Assembly: GCA_034211135.1 (NCBI GenBank) | Contig: JAXHVK010000001.1 | Location: 9,675-73,674, forward strand | Direction of reading: 5' to 3' | Source: Pseudomonadota bacterium | Lineage (GTDB): Bacteria > Pseudomonadota > Alphaproteobacteria > Sphingomonadales > Sphingomonadaceae | DNA: 64,000 nucleotides | Part shown: in pieces, positions 31,361 to 41,588 of the stretch | Numbering within the stretch: the first letter of the stretch is position 1 | How the letters are laid out: each line of letters opens with the position of its first letter | Notes under the pieces: generated by a model | The model's database searches: none | The model's input: the letters and a program-made list of their open reading frames with translations, nothing else | What the model was told of the DNA's origin: nothing | Program-made: the position numbers and the translations under genes

Positions 31361-32418
31361 GCCGGATGGACGTCGCTATCGTCGGAGGCGGGTTGAGCGG
31401 CCTCACGCTCCTCGAGAGGTTGCTCGCAGCGGGCGCCGATGCACACCTTTTCGAGGCGCGGTCGCGCTTCGGCGGGCGAGTTTTGACCGAATGGGTGGAC
31501 GGCGCGCCGCTCGACCTCGGGCCGTCCTGGTTCTGGCCCAGCCAACCACGCATGGCCGCTCTGGTGAGACGTCTGGGTCTAGAAGTGTTCGAGCAGCACG
31601 CCTCCGGCGACCTCATGTTCGAGGATGCTGCCGGCCGACGGCGCGTGCCCGGCATGGCGACGATGGCGGGTGCGCTCCGCGTGCAAGGTGGGATGGGCGC
31701 GATCACTGACGGGATCTCAAGCGCGCTGCCGACCGACCGGTTGCATGCGAACGCCCCGGTCGCATCCATCAGTTCTGACGGCGTTCTGACGTTCACGGAT
31801 GGCACGCGTCACCGCGCCGCCCGGATCGTCCTCGCCCTTCCGCCTAGGATCGCGGCGACCCTTGTCTGCGACCCGCCACTCGATCCGACCATGCGCAGGA
31901 GGATGGACGAGGTGCCGACTTGGATGGCGGGACACGCCAAGTTCGTGGCGAGCTACCAATCGCCCTTCTGGCGAGGGCAAGGCCTGTGTGGCGACGCGAT
32001 TAGCCGGGTGGGACCGCTCGTAGAAATCCACGACGCCTCTCCCTCGGACGGCACGCGGGGTGCGCTGTTCGGCTTCGTGGGCTTGAATGCCACCTCGCGA
32101 ACGGGCCGCGGCCCGGAGATCGAGCGCGCGGCCATCGAGCAGCTCACGCGGCTTTTCGGTACCGAGGCGACCACGCCGCTGGGAATGCGCATGGTCGATT
32201 GGTCGAACGAGAGGGCGACCGCGATGGCGGCCGACCGCAGCATACCCGCGACGCATCCGCGATACCGTCGGCTTCCGGCACCTGTAGGGGCGTGGGAGGA
32301 CCGGCTCTTGTTCGCGGGCTCGGAACAGGCGGAGACGAATGGCGGCTTGCTTGAAGGCGCTCTAGAGGCGACCGACGCAGCGATGCGCGAGCTGACGACG
32401 ACGGGATCGTTCGCTTGA
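31357..32418 (+). CDS. Flavin monoamine oxidase family protein
   Basis: GGGLSG, EARSRFGGR, DLGPSWFW, LLFAGSE and GLLEGAL. Confidence 0.88.
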   Translation: MSRMDVAIVGGGLSGLTLLERLLAAGADAHLFEARSRFGGRVLTEWVDGAPLDLGPSWFWPSQPRMAALVRRLGLEVFEQHASGDLMFEDAAGRRRVPGMATMAGALRVQGGMGAITDGISSALPTDRLHANAPVASISSDGVLTFTDGTRHRAARIVLALPPRIAATLVCDPPLDPTMRRRMDEVPTWMAGHAKFVASYQSPFWRGQGLCGDAISRVGPLVEIHDASPSDGTRGALFGFVGLNATSRTGRGPEIERAAIEQLTRLFGTEATTPLGMRMVDWSNERATAMAADRSIPATHPRYRRLPAPVGAWEDRLLFAGSEQAETNGGLLEGALEATDAAMRELTTTGSFA

Positions 32419-32492
32419 TCCGGCGCGGCGCTTCAAGGGGAACTGCGGATGACGGCCTCCGCGCGATCCTGCTCGGTTCGTCAGCTTTGAGG

Positions 32493-33455
32493 ATGAATAA
32501 GAAAAGCAACTATCACGACTTAGTGGTCCCTGCGTCAGGCATTGATCTGGCGGGCGTCGAAATCTCGCAGCTTATCAGCTTCCTCACTGTCGCAGAGGTG
32601 GGCGGCTTCCGCCGAGCTGCACAGAGGCTGGGCGTCGGACAACCGGCGGTCAGTCGGCGGGTGCAACGCCTCGAAGACCATCTTGGAGTCTCGCTTTTCG
32701 AACGTCGGGCCAGCGGTGCGCAACTGACGTCAGCGGGTAAACGCTTTTCCGCGCTTGGCCGCGCGGTCCTATCCGATCTGGCCAGTGCAGTGGACACCGC
32801 GAGGGCCAGTGGCGTTGCCGGAAATGGAGATCTAACTATCGGATTGATCGCCTCTTTATCGCATGGCCCTTTTCGTGCGCTCATCAATCGGTTCAGAGTG
32901 GAGCATGAAAACGTCGATCTTTACCTGACCGAGGCAAACAGAGGCGAACTCCTTTCGTTGCTCAGCCACCGTCGCGTGGACGCGGTGCTGGCATCGGGCG
33001 AGCCGAGCCCGGAAGACGGTGACGGCCTGCTTTTTGCAGATGAAAAGATCTTCCTCGCAGTCGCTTCCGACCACCATTGGGCCAAGTTGACTCGGCTCCG
33101 CTGGGACGATGTCCGGGAAGAGACATTCGTCGTCAGCAACTGCGAGCCCGGTCAGGAAATTCACGACTACATCTTACGGCGCTTAAGCGGCTTAGGCCGG
33201 ACTGTGAATTTCCGACGTCACCGACTTGGAAGAGAAGGCGTTATGAACTTGGTCGGTCTGGGTTTCGGCGTCAGCCTCGTCGCGGACCATTGGCGCGGCG
33301 TTCGGTATCCGAACGTCACCTTCGTTCCGATCGGCGACGAAGACGAGACGATCCCGTTTTCGCTCATCTGGCGTCCCGAAAACGACAACCCTGCACTCCG
33401 CCGGTTCATCTCTCTGGCGCGGATTGAGGCGCAGAATAACGGCGTTCTTTCCTGA
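32493..33455 (+). CDS. LysR family regulator at the ICE backbone edge
   Basis: GGFRRAAQRLGVGQPAVSRRVQRLE; converges on DUF2274, as recalled for related ICEs. Confidence 0.88.
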   Translation: MNKKSNYHDLVVPASGIDLAGVEISQLISFLTVAEVGGFRRAAQRLGVGQPAVSRRVQRLEDHLGVSLFERRASGAQLTSAGKRFSALGRAVLSDLASAVDTARASGVAGNGDLTIGLIASLSHGPFRALINRFRVEHENVDLYLTEANRGELLSLLSHRRVDAVLASGEPSPEDGDGLLFADEKIFLAVASDHHWAKLTRLRWDDVREETFVVSNCEPGQEIHDYILRRLSGLGRTVNFRRHRLGREGVMNLVGLGFGVSLVADHWRGVRYPNVTFVPIGDEDETIPFSLIWRPENDNPALRRFISLARIEAQNNGVLS

Positions 33456-33654
33456 GCTTGGCGAACCCTCGATCAGTTTTCATGAACCGTTCCAGCATCG
33501 GTGCGATCAGTTTCGCTGGTTCCAGTTCCTGACCATTCTCAGCACCAAGAATCTCCGCATAGACCGTTAGATCCCGATACACTTGCGCTGGCAGTTCCAC
33601 GGTCAGCTTGATCGGCTTGTGGTCACGAATATCGTCTAGCTTCAACTTGCTCAT
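33406..33654 (-). CDS. DUF2274 domain protein
   Basis: KLKL...KPIKLTVELPA...LIAPMLERFMKTDRGF; lies after trbI. Confidence 0.85.
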   Translation of the reverse strand: MSKLKLDDIRDHKPIKLTVELPAQVYRDLTVYAEILGAENGQELEPAKLIAPMLERFMKTDRGFAKLRKERRYSAPQSAPER

Positions 33655-34847
33655 CGGGTTTCTTCTTCCGGTTCGAGGACCAAATCGCGGGTGACCATGA
33701 CCCGCACCGGGAAACCCGGTCGAATGGTCAGGGTCGGTGGAATTGAAATTTGACGACGAACAATGTCGTCGCCGGCGCGACCGACGGTGTCCTGCGTTCC
33801 CTCACGAATGGCGCGGGCGATGTCGTCATCATCGTCGGCGCCAAGCTCCACCCCGATATTCAGGATGGTGGCGAGCCCGGCCGCCATGAACAGACGTCCC
33901 CAGTGATGATCGACGCCATCTTCGAGCCCGGCGTAGCCGGCTTCGTCGGCGCCGGGTTGGCGTTCAAGGGTGATGGAGCGGCCGTTGGGCAGGATCAGCC
34001 GTGTCCAGGCAAGAAGCACGCGGCTCTGCCCGAAGGCGACACGGCTGTCATATTCGCCGATGAGGCGCGACCCTTGAGGGATCAGCAGGAAACGCCCCGT
34101 CGGGCTGTCATAGACGTGGGATGTCACCTGGGCAGTGATCTGGCCGGGAAGATCAGAGCGCAGGCCGGTAACAAGCGCCGCCGGAATGACCGCGCCGGCC
34201 TGGACGACATACGGGCTCGGCGGATCGGTAAGCCGGTCGGGGCTCGTCGTGCGGCGATCGACAGGTTCGTCGAGAAAGGCCTCGCGCCGTTCCGTCGCGT
34301 CCGGCGCGGCGGAAGCCGCATCGGCGGGAAAGAATGACTCGGCGGTGGATGGAGCGGCAGCCACTTGCGTGGTTTGCAGTGGTTCCCGAACGGTCGTGTT
34401 GGCATCAGCGAAGAGTTGGCTGAGGCGAGCCGCTTCCATTTCCTGGGCGCGGCGCTGTTCCTCCGGATCGGCGGCCGGGGTGGTGACGACTGGCGAGGGG
34501 ACCGGCTCGCCGCGCCGTTGTGCTGACAGGATCGGCCGTCCGAGTTCGCCAGGCAGCGGCGGCCCGAGCTGCGGCACATCCGTGTAATCCGCCGGCAGGC
34601 GCGACAGGCCTTCGGCTTCCTGAATGCGCTCTGTGGAATAGAGCTCTTGCGGACCATCGACAGGTTCGCGGTTCTGCAGGGCAACGATCAGGATGGCCCC
34701 GAGCCCAAGACCGCCTACCGTTCCCAGAACCATGAGCGTCCGGCGTGAGAGCCGCATCACACGCGGTGGATCGGCGCGCAGTCTCAGCGACGCAGCGATG
34801 TCCTCCCCGTCTTCGATCTCGGGACTTTTCTCGGGTTTCTCGCTCAT
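33651..34847 (-). CDS. trbI: TrbI/VirB10
   Basis: AGAVIPAALVTGLRSDLPGQI, PQGSRLIG and PTLTIRPG. Confidence 0.95.
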   Translation of the reverse strand: MSEKPEKSPEIEDGEDIAASLRLRADPPRVMRLSRRTLMVLGTVGGLGLGAILIVALQNREPVDGPQELYSTERIQEAEGLSRLPADYTDVPQLGPPLPGELGRPILSAQRRGEPVPSPVVTTPAADPEEQRRAQEMEAARLSQLFADANTTVREPLQTTQVAAAPSTAESFFPADAASAAPDATERREAFLDEPVDRRTTSPDRLTDPPSPYVVQAGAVIPAALVTGLRSDLPGQITAQVTSHVYDSPTGRFLLIPQGSRLIGEYDSRVAFGQSRVLLAWTRLILPNGRSITLERQPGADEAGYAGLEDGVDHHWGRLFMAAGLATILNIGVELGADDDDDIARAIREGTQDTVGRAGDDIVRRQISIPPTLTIRPGFPVRVMVTRDLVLEPEEETR

Positions 34848-35875
34848 TCGCGACCTCCACCGGAGGCATGGTGTGCGGCTACGGCTTGTCGCACGCCGTC
34901 GGTGCGGACGATCCGTACCCGTTTTTGTTCGTCGCCGAGGCGTAGCTCGGCGGCGGCGAAGAGCCGATCGACGATCATGTAGTTGCGGCGGATGCGGTAG
35001 TTGACGAGCTGGCCTTTGCCTTCGGGCCCAATGACAAAAAGCGGCGGCATCTCGCCCTGGCCGATCCCGCGCGGAAACTCGATGAAGACCTGCCGCCCAT
35101 CGTCGAAAGCGCGCAGCGGCCGCCAGGGCGTGCGGTCGCCCTCGATCCGGTAGCGGAAACGCAGAGAGTCGAGCGCCACGTCACGTTCGATCGGCAGAGC
35201 AGATTCAGCCTCGGCATTGCGCCGCCTAAGGGCGATCAAGGCATCCTCGGCGTAGGTCCAGGAGACGGACGCCATATAGGCGGAGGGGTTCGCTCTCAGT
35301 TCGAGGTGGTAGGTCCGCTTGTCGGTGTTGATGACAAGGTTGGTTTGAAGATCGGGCCGTGTCGGTTTGACCAGAATGTGGATGCGCTGGGAGCTGCCCG
35401 AACCGCTTTGCGTGTCGCCGATGATCCAGCGCGCCGTGTCGCCGGCCGCAATAGGGCCGGAGCCGACCAGGCTCTCGCCGGGCTGCAGGGCGATGTCGGT
35501 GATCTGTCCCGGCGACGCGTAGACCTGATAGAGTGCGCCTTCGCTGTAGGGGTAGAGCTGCACCGCGTTGATGAACCCGTCGCGCACAGGCTCCATGCGC
35601 GCGGCGGCGTTCGCTTCATTCACCCGTTCGGCGGGATTGGCAGCTTCCGGTTCCGGCGCTTCCCCATCAACTGGCTTGAGCTGCCCCGGCAATGGAAGCA
35701 GTTCGGCGCGTTCGACGATACGCACAGGGTGCTCGGGCTCAGGAAGAAGCGTCGCTTCGATGGGTGGCTCGTCATAGGCGATTTCGGGTGGCTTGAACGT
35801 CGCGCAGCCCGACAGCGCCGAAGCGGCAAGCAGAACTGCGATGGAGGCTTTGTTCAGGCGAATTGATTTTATCAT
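34844..35875 (-). CDS. trbG: TrbG/VirB9
   Basis: ALYQVY, TDIALQPGE, GDTARW, TNLVINTDKRTY and DDGRQVFI. Confidence 0.95.
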   Translation of the reverse strand: MIKSIRLNKASIAVLLAASALSGCATFKPPEIAYDEPPIEATLLPEPEHPVRIVERAELLPLPGQLKPVDGEAPEPEAANPAERVNEANAAARMEPVRDGFINAVQLYPYSEGALYQVYASPGQITDIALQPGESLVGSGPIAAGDTARWIIGDTQSGSGSSQRIHILVKPTRPDLQTNLVINTDKRTYHLELRANPSAYMASVSWTYAEDALIALRRRNAEAESALPIERDVALDSLRFRYRIEGDRTPWRPLRAFDDGRQVFIEFPRGIGQGEMPPLFVIGPEGKGQLVNYRIRRNYMIVDRLFAAAELRLGDEQKRVRIVRTDGVRQAVAAHHASGGGRE

Positions 35876-36558
35876 TGGGCGGACTCCCGGGACCAGTTGA
35901 TGGCGTTGACGAAGATGCCGAGCGGGTTTTTGCGCAGGCGCTCGGCATCGCGCGGCTGCTGCAAAACAATAGTGAGAATGGCGGTCCAGCGTTCGGTGGC
36001 GGCGAGTTGGCCGTTGGCGTAGCGGCGCTCGATCCAGGCGATGCGGAAGCTGCTCTCGGAGGCGCGGATAACGCTGGAGACTTCGACGGAGGTCTGGGTG
36101 TCGCCAACCTTGGCGAAGGGGTCGTTCACCCTGGCGTAGTCGTTGAGCGCCAGCGCACCTTTGTCGGTCGTGAAATCATACGCGTGCAGCCAGTTCTGGC
36201 GCAGCACGATCGGATCGGCGGGAATCTGGCGCACATTCTCGATGAAGCGCGAGAGGTGATAAGCGATCTGCGGATCGGTCGGTCGGAAGTCGGCGGCGGC
36301 GGGCGTCACGGCTTGCGCCGCGCCGAGCCTGTCCACTTCGACGACATAGGGCGTGATCGTCCCTTGTGTGGACTGCCAGACCAGCGCGGCGCTGAGCCCG
36401 CCTGAGAGCAGCAGGGAGCCGAACGCCATCAGCCGCCAGTTCCTGGCTTGCACGCGGGCCGATCCGATGCGTTCGTCCCAGACCTGCGCGGCCTTCTGAT
36501 ACGGCGTGACGGGCTCGGGAGTCTTGGAATAACGAACGCTCGGGCGACGGAACATCAT
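35872..36558 (-). CDS. trbF: TrbF/VirB8
   Basis: TPYQKAAQVWDERIGSARVQA...NPLGIFV. Confidence 0.95.
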   Translation of the reverse strand: MMFRRPSVRYSKTPEPVTPYQKAAQVWDERIGSARVQARNWRLMAFGSLLLSGGLSAALVWQSTQGTITPYVVEVDRLGAAQAVTPAAADFRPTDPQIAYHLSRFIENVRQIPADPIVLRQNWLHAYDFTTDKGALALNDYARVNDPFAKVGDTQTSVEVSSVIRASESSFRIAWIERRYANGQLAATERWTAILTIVLQQPRDAERLRKNPLGIFVNAINWSRESAQ

Positions 36559-37841
36559 GATTTCTCCGAAAGGCTGACAGCGGTCCCGCCGCCGCCATGG
36601 TCGCCGGAGCGAACGGCATGGGCGGCGACGGCGGCGCCGTGGTGAAGGGTTTGCTGTTGTTTCATGCGACGCGCCCAGGCTGGCGGTCCGCTACTGGCAG
36701 AGGGCGAGACGTCGGGGCTGTTACTGAACCTGCCGCCGGTCGCTTCGAAGGCCGCGCGCGCGCCGGAGCGGTAGCTTCCGCTCATGGAACGGCGGAGCGG
36801 GTTCGTAGCGGCGCCGACGCCGGCTTTTCCAACGCTGGCGAGACCGGCGGCTACGCCGGAAGCGCCGCCGCCAGCGGCCGCGCTTCCCATGCTGTAGGCG
36901 GTCGAGGCGCCACCGGCGACTGCCGCAGCGCCGCGCGCTCCTGCGCCGGCCGCTCCCACGGCCATCCGGGCGCCAGCGACCCCGCCGACAGCAAGCCCGC
37001 CGGCGGCGAGGCCTGCGCCAACCGCAGCGCCTGCGCCGAGTTGCGGTCCGCCCGAGACGATGCCGTTGGCGATGCCCGGACCGAAGATGCCGAGCGCGAG
37101 TATGGAGAGCGCGGCCAGAACGATGGCCATGGCGTCTTCGATTGTCGGCTCGCCCGTGAACCCGGCGGTGAACTCGCCAAAGATGGTCGAGCCGATGCCA
37201 ACGATCACGGCGAGCACCAGCACCTTGACCCCGGACGAGATCACCAGCCCGAGCACCCGCTCGGCCATGAAGGCGGTTTTGTTGAAGAGGCCGAAGGGCA
37301 CGAGGATGAAGCCGGCCAGCGTGGCGAGCTTGAACTCGATCAGCGTGACGAAGAGCTGGATCGCTAAAATGAAGAAGGACAGGAGGACGACCAACCAGGC
37401 GAACAACAGAATGATGATCTGGAGGAAATTCTCGAAGAAAGAGACAAAGCCCATCAGATCGGAAATCGACGCGAGAATCGGACGGCCCGCATCAAGGCCG
37501 ATCTCGGCGATGCGGCCGGGCTGAAGCAGCTCGCCGGGGCTAAGGCTGCCTCCCGAAGCGATGAGACCGAGCCCGGCGAAGCTTTCGAAAACTATGCGGG
37601 CGAGCGCGTTCCAGTTGCCGATGATGTAGGCGAAGACGCCGACGAAGAGCGTTTTCTTGATGAGCCGGGCGAGGATGTCGTCGTCGGCGCCCCAGGCCCA
37701 GAAGAGCGCGGCGAGCGTCACGTCGATGACGATCAGCGTCGTTGCGAGGAAGGCGACATCACCGCCGAGCAGGCCGAAGCCGCTGTCGATGTAGGAGGTG
37801 AAGACCTGCAGGAACCGGTCAATGACGCCAACGCCGCCCAT
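36555..37841 (-). CDS. trbL: TrbL/VirB6
   Basis: YIDSGFGLL, EFKL and a Gly/Ala-rich C-terminal tail. Confidence 0.95.
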   Translation of the reverse strand: MGGVGVIDRFLQVFTSYIDSGFGLLGGDVAFLATTLIVIDVTLAALFWAWGADDDILARLIKKTLFVGVFAYIIGNWNALARIVFESFAGLGLIASGGSLSPGELLQPGRIAEIGLDAGRPILASISDLMGFVSFFENFLQIIILLFAWLVVLLSFFILAIQLFVTLIEFKLATLAGFILVPFGLFNKTAFMAERVLGLVISSGVKVLVLAVIVGIGSTIFGEFTAGFTGEPTIEDAMAIVLAALSILALGIFGPGIANGIVSGGPQLGAGAAVGAGLAAGGLAVGGVAGARMAVGAAGAGARGAAAVAGGASTAYSMGSAAAGGGASGVAAGLASVGKAGVGAATNPLRRSMSGSYRSGARAAFEATGGRFSNSPDVSPSASSGPPAWARRMKQQQTLHHGAAVAAHAVRSGDHGGGGTAVSLSEKS

Positions 37842-37844
37842 GTC

Positions 37845-38117
37845 CTACTCCTTCTCGGGATCGTCGCCGGGAAGCCCGAGAAACCGGCGGCGCTGCTCTG
37901 CCCAGGCGGCGCGACACGTCGTGTCGGTTTCCAGCTCTTCCGGCGTCACCGTCCGGCAGCGAGAAAGTTCCGCCTGCAACGGATCGTCGGTCACGGGCGG
38001 AACCGAAGGCGTTTCCGGAGCGACCGTGCTCGCCAGCTCAACCGCGGCGAAGAGTGCAGCGAGCCCGCCCAAGGCGATGGCGACGAGCCTGATGATTTGG
38101 TCGGGAGAGCTGCGCAC
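37845..38117 (-). CDS. trbK: Putative entry-exclusion protein TrbK-alt
   Basis: L-x-R-C...C-x-x-A-W-x-x-x-R-R-R-F-L-G pattern; located between trbJ and trbL. Confidence 0.75.
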   Translation of the reverse strand: MRSSPDQIIRLVAIALGGLAALFAAVELASTVAPETPSVPPVTDDPLQAELSRCRTVTPEELETDTTCRAAWAEQRRRFLGLPGDDPEKE

Positions 38118-38122
38118 GGAAC

Positions 38123-38863
38123 TTACCGGAACATGCTGACGGCGGTTGGCGTGTAGCCGGTCCCGTAGTCGAGGAAACGGCTGAGGTTCTCCCGCCCCTG
38201 CGCTTCAGCGGAGGCGCGCCGAGCCGCGTCCAGCGCGTCCGCGCGGTTCTGCGCCGCGATGGCGGCGGTAAGGTCCGTCATCTGTTGGCTTTGCAATGCC
38301 AAAAGTTGATTGCCGGCCTGCGCCGCCTGCAAGGCGCCGACCGCACCCTGGCTTTGCGAGACGAGAGTGCTGAGTTCCGCGCGCGTCGCTTCAATATTGC
38401 CGACGACGCCGGCCTGGACCTTCAATGCGTCTTCATAGCCGGCAACCGAGGTCCGCCAGCGCGCCTCGGCATTGGCGTTCATGGCGGCGAAATCGCCGGT
38501 TGCTGCGGCGTCTCCATATTGTTCGGAGAAGACGCGTTCGATTTCGGAGACGACGTATCTAACGCGCTGGGCTTCGCCCAACAGATCTTCCGTCTGCTGC
38601 ATGATCGACCGCAGACGCGCCAACGATGAGTGCGGCAGGTTTGCGAGGTTGCGTCCCTGGTTGATCAACATCTGCGCCTCGTTCTGAAGCTGCGTGATCT
38701 GATTGTTGATCATTTCGAGGGTGCGCGCGGCGGTGAGAATGTTCTGCGCGAGGTTGGTCGGATCGATGACGACGTCGCCGACGCCGAACAGCGCATAGGC
38801 CGGTTGCATCGGCGCCAAGGCGATTGCGCCAGTTATCATGAGGGCGGCGAGTTTCTTACGCAT
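38123..38863 (-). CDS. trbJ: TrbJ/VirB5
   Basis: Signal peptide; DPTNLAQNILTAARTLEMINNQI and GALQAAQAGNQL. Confidence 0.93.
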   Translation of the reverse strand: MRKKLAALMITGAIALAPMQPAYALFGVGDVVIDPTNLAQNILTAARTLEMINNQITQLQNEAQMLINQGRNLANLPHSSLARLRSIMQQTEDLLGEAQRVRYVVSEIERVFSEQYGDAAATGDFAAMNANAEARWRTSVAGYEDALKVQAGVVGNIEATRAELSTLVSQSQGAVGALQAAQAGNQLLALQSQQMTDLTAAIAAQNRADALDAARRASAEAQGRENLSRFLDYGTGYTPTAVSMFR

Positions 38864-41315
38864 GAGTGATCTCCGTGGTTTGAGGGGATGGGATCGGATC
38901 AGGTGCTTGGCCGAGCAGTTCGACCGCCCAATCAAGACCGCGACGGGCGAGCCAGGCTGCGGCGAAGCCGTCTCGTCCGTGTTCGGCGAGGATGTCGGTG
39001 ATGGCGGCGTGATCGGTCTTCGACGATGCGGCCGTGAAGGCGAGTGCGACCTCGCCGAGACCGAGCGAGAAAAGCCGATTGCCGCGCCGCGACTGGCAGT
39101 AATAGTCCCGCTTCGGCATGGCCCGCGCGACGATCTCGATCTGGCGTTCATTGAGGCCGAAGCGGCGGTAGATGTCGGCGACCTGCGGTTCGAAGGCGCG
39201 CTCGTTCGGCAAGAATATCCGCGTGGGGCAGCTCTCGATGATGGCCGGCGCAATCGCGGAATTGTCGATATCGGCGAGCGACTGCGTGGCGAAGAGGACG
39301 GACGCGTTCTTCTTTCTCAGAGTCTTCAGCCATTCGCGGAGCTGGCCGCCAAACGTCCCGTCATCGAGCGCGAGCCAGCCTTCATCGACGATGATGAGGC
39401 TCGGCCGTCCGTCGAGGCGATCCTCAATCCGATGGAACAGATAGGCGAGCACGGCGGGCGCCGCGGCCGATCCGATCAGTCCTTCTGTCTCGAAGGCTTG
39501 GAAGTCGGCCGTTCCGAGCTCTTCTGTTTCGGCGTCGAGCAAACGTCCGAAGGGACCGTCAAGACAGAACGGCGCCAATGCCTGTTTGAGTTCGGTTGAC
39601 TGCAATAGTACGGAAAGCCCTGTGAGCGTTCGTTCTCTGACCGGCGCTGAGGCGAGAGACATCAACGCCGACCAGAGATGATCCCGTGCGACCGGATCGA
39701 TGGTGACGCCTTCGCGCGCGATCAGGCCGGATAGCCAGTCCTGCGCCCAGGCGCGCTCGCTCATTTCGTCAATGTTGCGGAGCGGTTGAAGCTGGACGGC
39801 GGCTTCGTCATCCGAGAGCGCGCCGGCGAGATCCTGCCAGTCTCCGCCACAGGCGACGGTCGCGCAGCGGATCGAGCCGCCGAAGTCGAAGGCGAAGACT
39901 TGGCTACGCCCGTAGCGGCGAAATTGCAGCGCCATCAACGCCAGCAACACGGATTTGCCCGCGCCGGTCGGACCGACGACCAGTGTGTGCCCGACGTCGC
40001 CGACATGAGGCGAAAAGCGAAACGGGGTTGAGCCTTCCGTCTCCGCGTAAAAGAGCGGCGGACCGTCCAGATGATCGTTTCGCGGCGGTCCTGCCCAGAC
40101 CGCCGAGATCGGGATCATGTGGACGAGATTGAGCGTAGAAACCGGCGGTTGACGGACATTGGCGTAGAGATGGCCGGGCAACGAGCCAAGCCACGCCTCG
40201 ATGGCGTTCAAAGTCTCGGGCATGCAGGTGAAGTCACGACCCTGAATGACCTTTTCCGCCGCCTTTAGCTTGGCGTCCGCGACGGCTTCGTCCTCATCCC
40301 AGACGGTCAGCGTAGCGGTGATGTAGGCGGCGCCCGCTATGTCGGCGCCAAGCTCTTGCAAGGCTTCATCGGCGTCGGCGGCCTTGTTCGCCGCGTCGCT
40401 ATCGAGCAGCGTCGAAGCCTCGTTGGTCATCACCTCTTTCAGGATCGCGGCGATGGATTTGCGCTTAGCGAACCATTGCCGGCGGATGCGCGTCAGCAGT
40501 TTGGTCGCGTCGGTCTTGTCGAGGCAGATAGCGCGCGTGACCCAGCGATATTCGAAGGGTTGGCTGTTGAGCTCATCCAGCAGTCCCGGCCATGTGGCCG
40601 TGGGGAACCCGATGATGGAGAGGCTGCGCAGATGCGCCCCGCCCAAACTCGGCGCCAACCCGCCGACGAGCGCGCTGTCGGCCAGGAGCGCATCGAGATG
40701 CATCGGCGTTTCCGGTACGCGCACGCGCTGGCGGCGCGTCGAAACAGTCGAATGCAGAAAGGTCAGTGTCTCTTCGTCGGAGAGCCAGGCGGCCTCCGGC
40801 ATGAAGCCGTCGAGGAGATCGAGCAGACGATCCGTCCGCGCCGTAAAACTCTCGACATGCTCTTGCGGGTTGAGGCCGCTGTCAGGTGCGTCCTCATAAA
40901 GCCATCGTCCCGCGCGGCTCGTATCGTCGAGCGGCGGCATCCAGACGAAAGTCAGGAAGTAGCTGTTTTCGAAATGTCTGGACGCATCTTCAAACTGGGC
41001 GCGTCGCTCCGCGTCGACGAGGGCGGAGACCGGATCAGAAAATTCAGAGAGCGGATAATCGCGCGCCGGCGCCCGCTGCGCTTCGACGAACACCGCCCAA
41101 CCCGATCCAAGCCGGCGTAGGGCGTTGTTGAGCCGGCCGGACACGGCGACGAGCTCTGACGGCGTCGCGGAGTCGAGGTCAGGCCCCCGAAACCGTGCGG
41201 TGCGTTGCAGACTGCCATCCTTGTTGAGGATGACGCTCTCCGCGACAAGCGCCGCCCACGGAAGAAAATCTGCCAATAGCGAGGTGGTCGAGCGATATTC
41301 GGCAAGGCGCATCAT
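38856..41315 (-). CDS. trbE: TrbE/VirB4 ATPase
   Basis: GPTGAGKS, IVDEGW and LRKKN; 819 aa, uninterrupted. Confidence 0.96.
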   Translation of the reverse strand: MMRLAEYRSTTSLLADFLPWAALVAESVILNKDGSLQRTARFRGPDLDSATPSELVAVSGRLNNALRRLGSGWAVFVEAQRAPARDYPLSEFSDPVSALVDAERRAQFEDASRHFENSYFLTFVWMPPLDDTSRAGRWLYEDAPDSGLNPQEHVESFTARTDRLLDLLDGFMPEAAWLSDEETLTFLHSTVSTRRQRVRVPETPMHLDALLADSALVGGLAPSLGGAHLRSLSIIGFPTATWPGLLDELNSQPFEYRWVTRAICLDKTDATKLLTRIRRQWFAKRKSIAAILKEVMTNEASTLLDSDAANKAADADEALQELGADIAGAAYITATLTVWDEDEAVADAKLKAAEKVIQGRDFTCMPETLNAIEAWLGSLPGHLYANVRQPPVSTLNLVHMIPISAVWAGPPRNDHLDGPPLFYAETEGSTPFRFSPHVGDVGHTLVVGPTGAGKSVLLALMALQFRRYGRSQVFAFDFGGSIRCATVACGGDWQDLAGALSDDEAAVQLQPLRNIDEMSERAWAQDWLSGLIAREGVTIDPVARDHLWSALMSLASAPVRERTLTGLSVLLQSTELKQALAPFCLDGPFGRLLDAETEELGTADFQAFETEGLIGSAAAPAVLAYLFHRIEDRLDGRPSLIIVDEGWLALDDGTFGGQLREWLKTLRKKNASVLFATQSLADIDNSAIAPAIIESCPTRIFLPNERAFEPQVADIYRRFGLNERQIEIVARAMPKRDYYCQSRRGNRLFSLGLGEVALAFTAASSKTDHAAITDILAEHGRDGFAAAWLARRGLDWAVELLGQAPDPIPSPQTTEITHA

Positions 41316-41318
41316 CGC

Positions 41319-41588
41319 TCAGACTCCGAACCAGGTTGGGAAACGGAGATGCCGGCGCGCGACATCGACGATCTGGGCGTCGCGTTTTGCGGCCCAGACC
41401 GCGAGGAGATGGCCGACAAGCCAGAGTGCGATCCCGACCACCCAGAGCCTGAGGCCAAGTCCGACGGCCGCTGCGAGCGTGCCGTTGGCAATGGCCACCG
41501 TGCGGGGGGCGCCGCCGAGCAGGATCGGCTCGACCAAGGCGCGGTGGACGGGCGCGTAAAAGCCCGGAATGTCGGCCAGCTCGCGCAT
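41319..41588 (-). CDS. trbD: TrbD/VirB3
   Basis: PVHRALVEPILLGGAPR; start ATG 41588. Confidence 0.92.
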   Translation of the reverse strand: MRELADIPGFYAPVHRALVEPILLGGAPRTVAIANGTLAAAVGLGLRLWVVGIALWLVGHLLAVWAAKRDAQIVDVARRHLRFPTWFGV

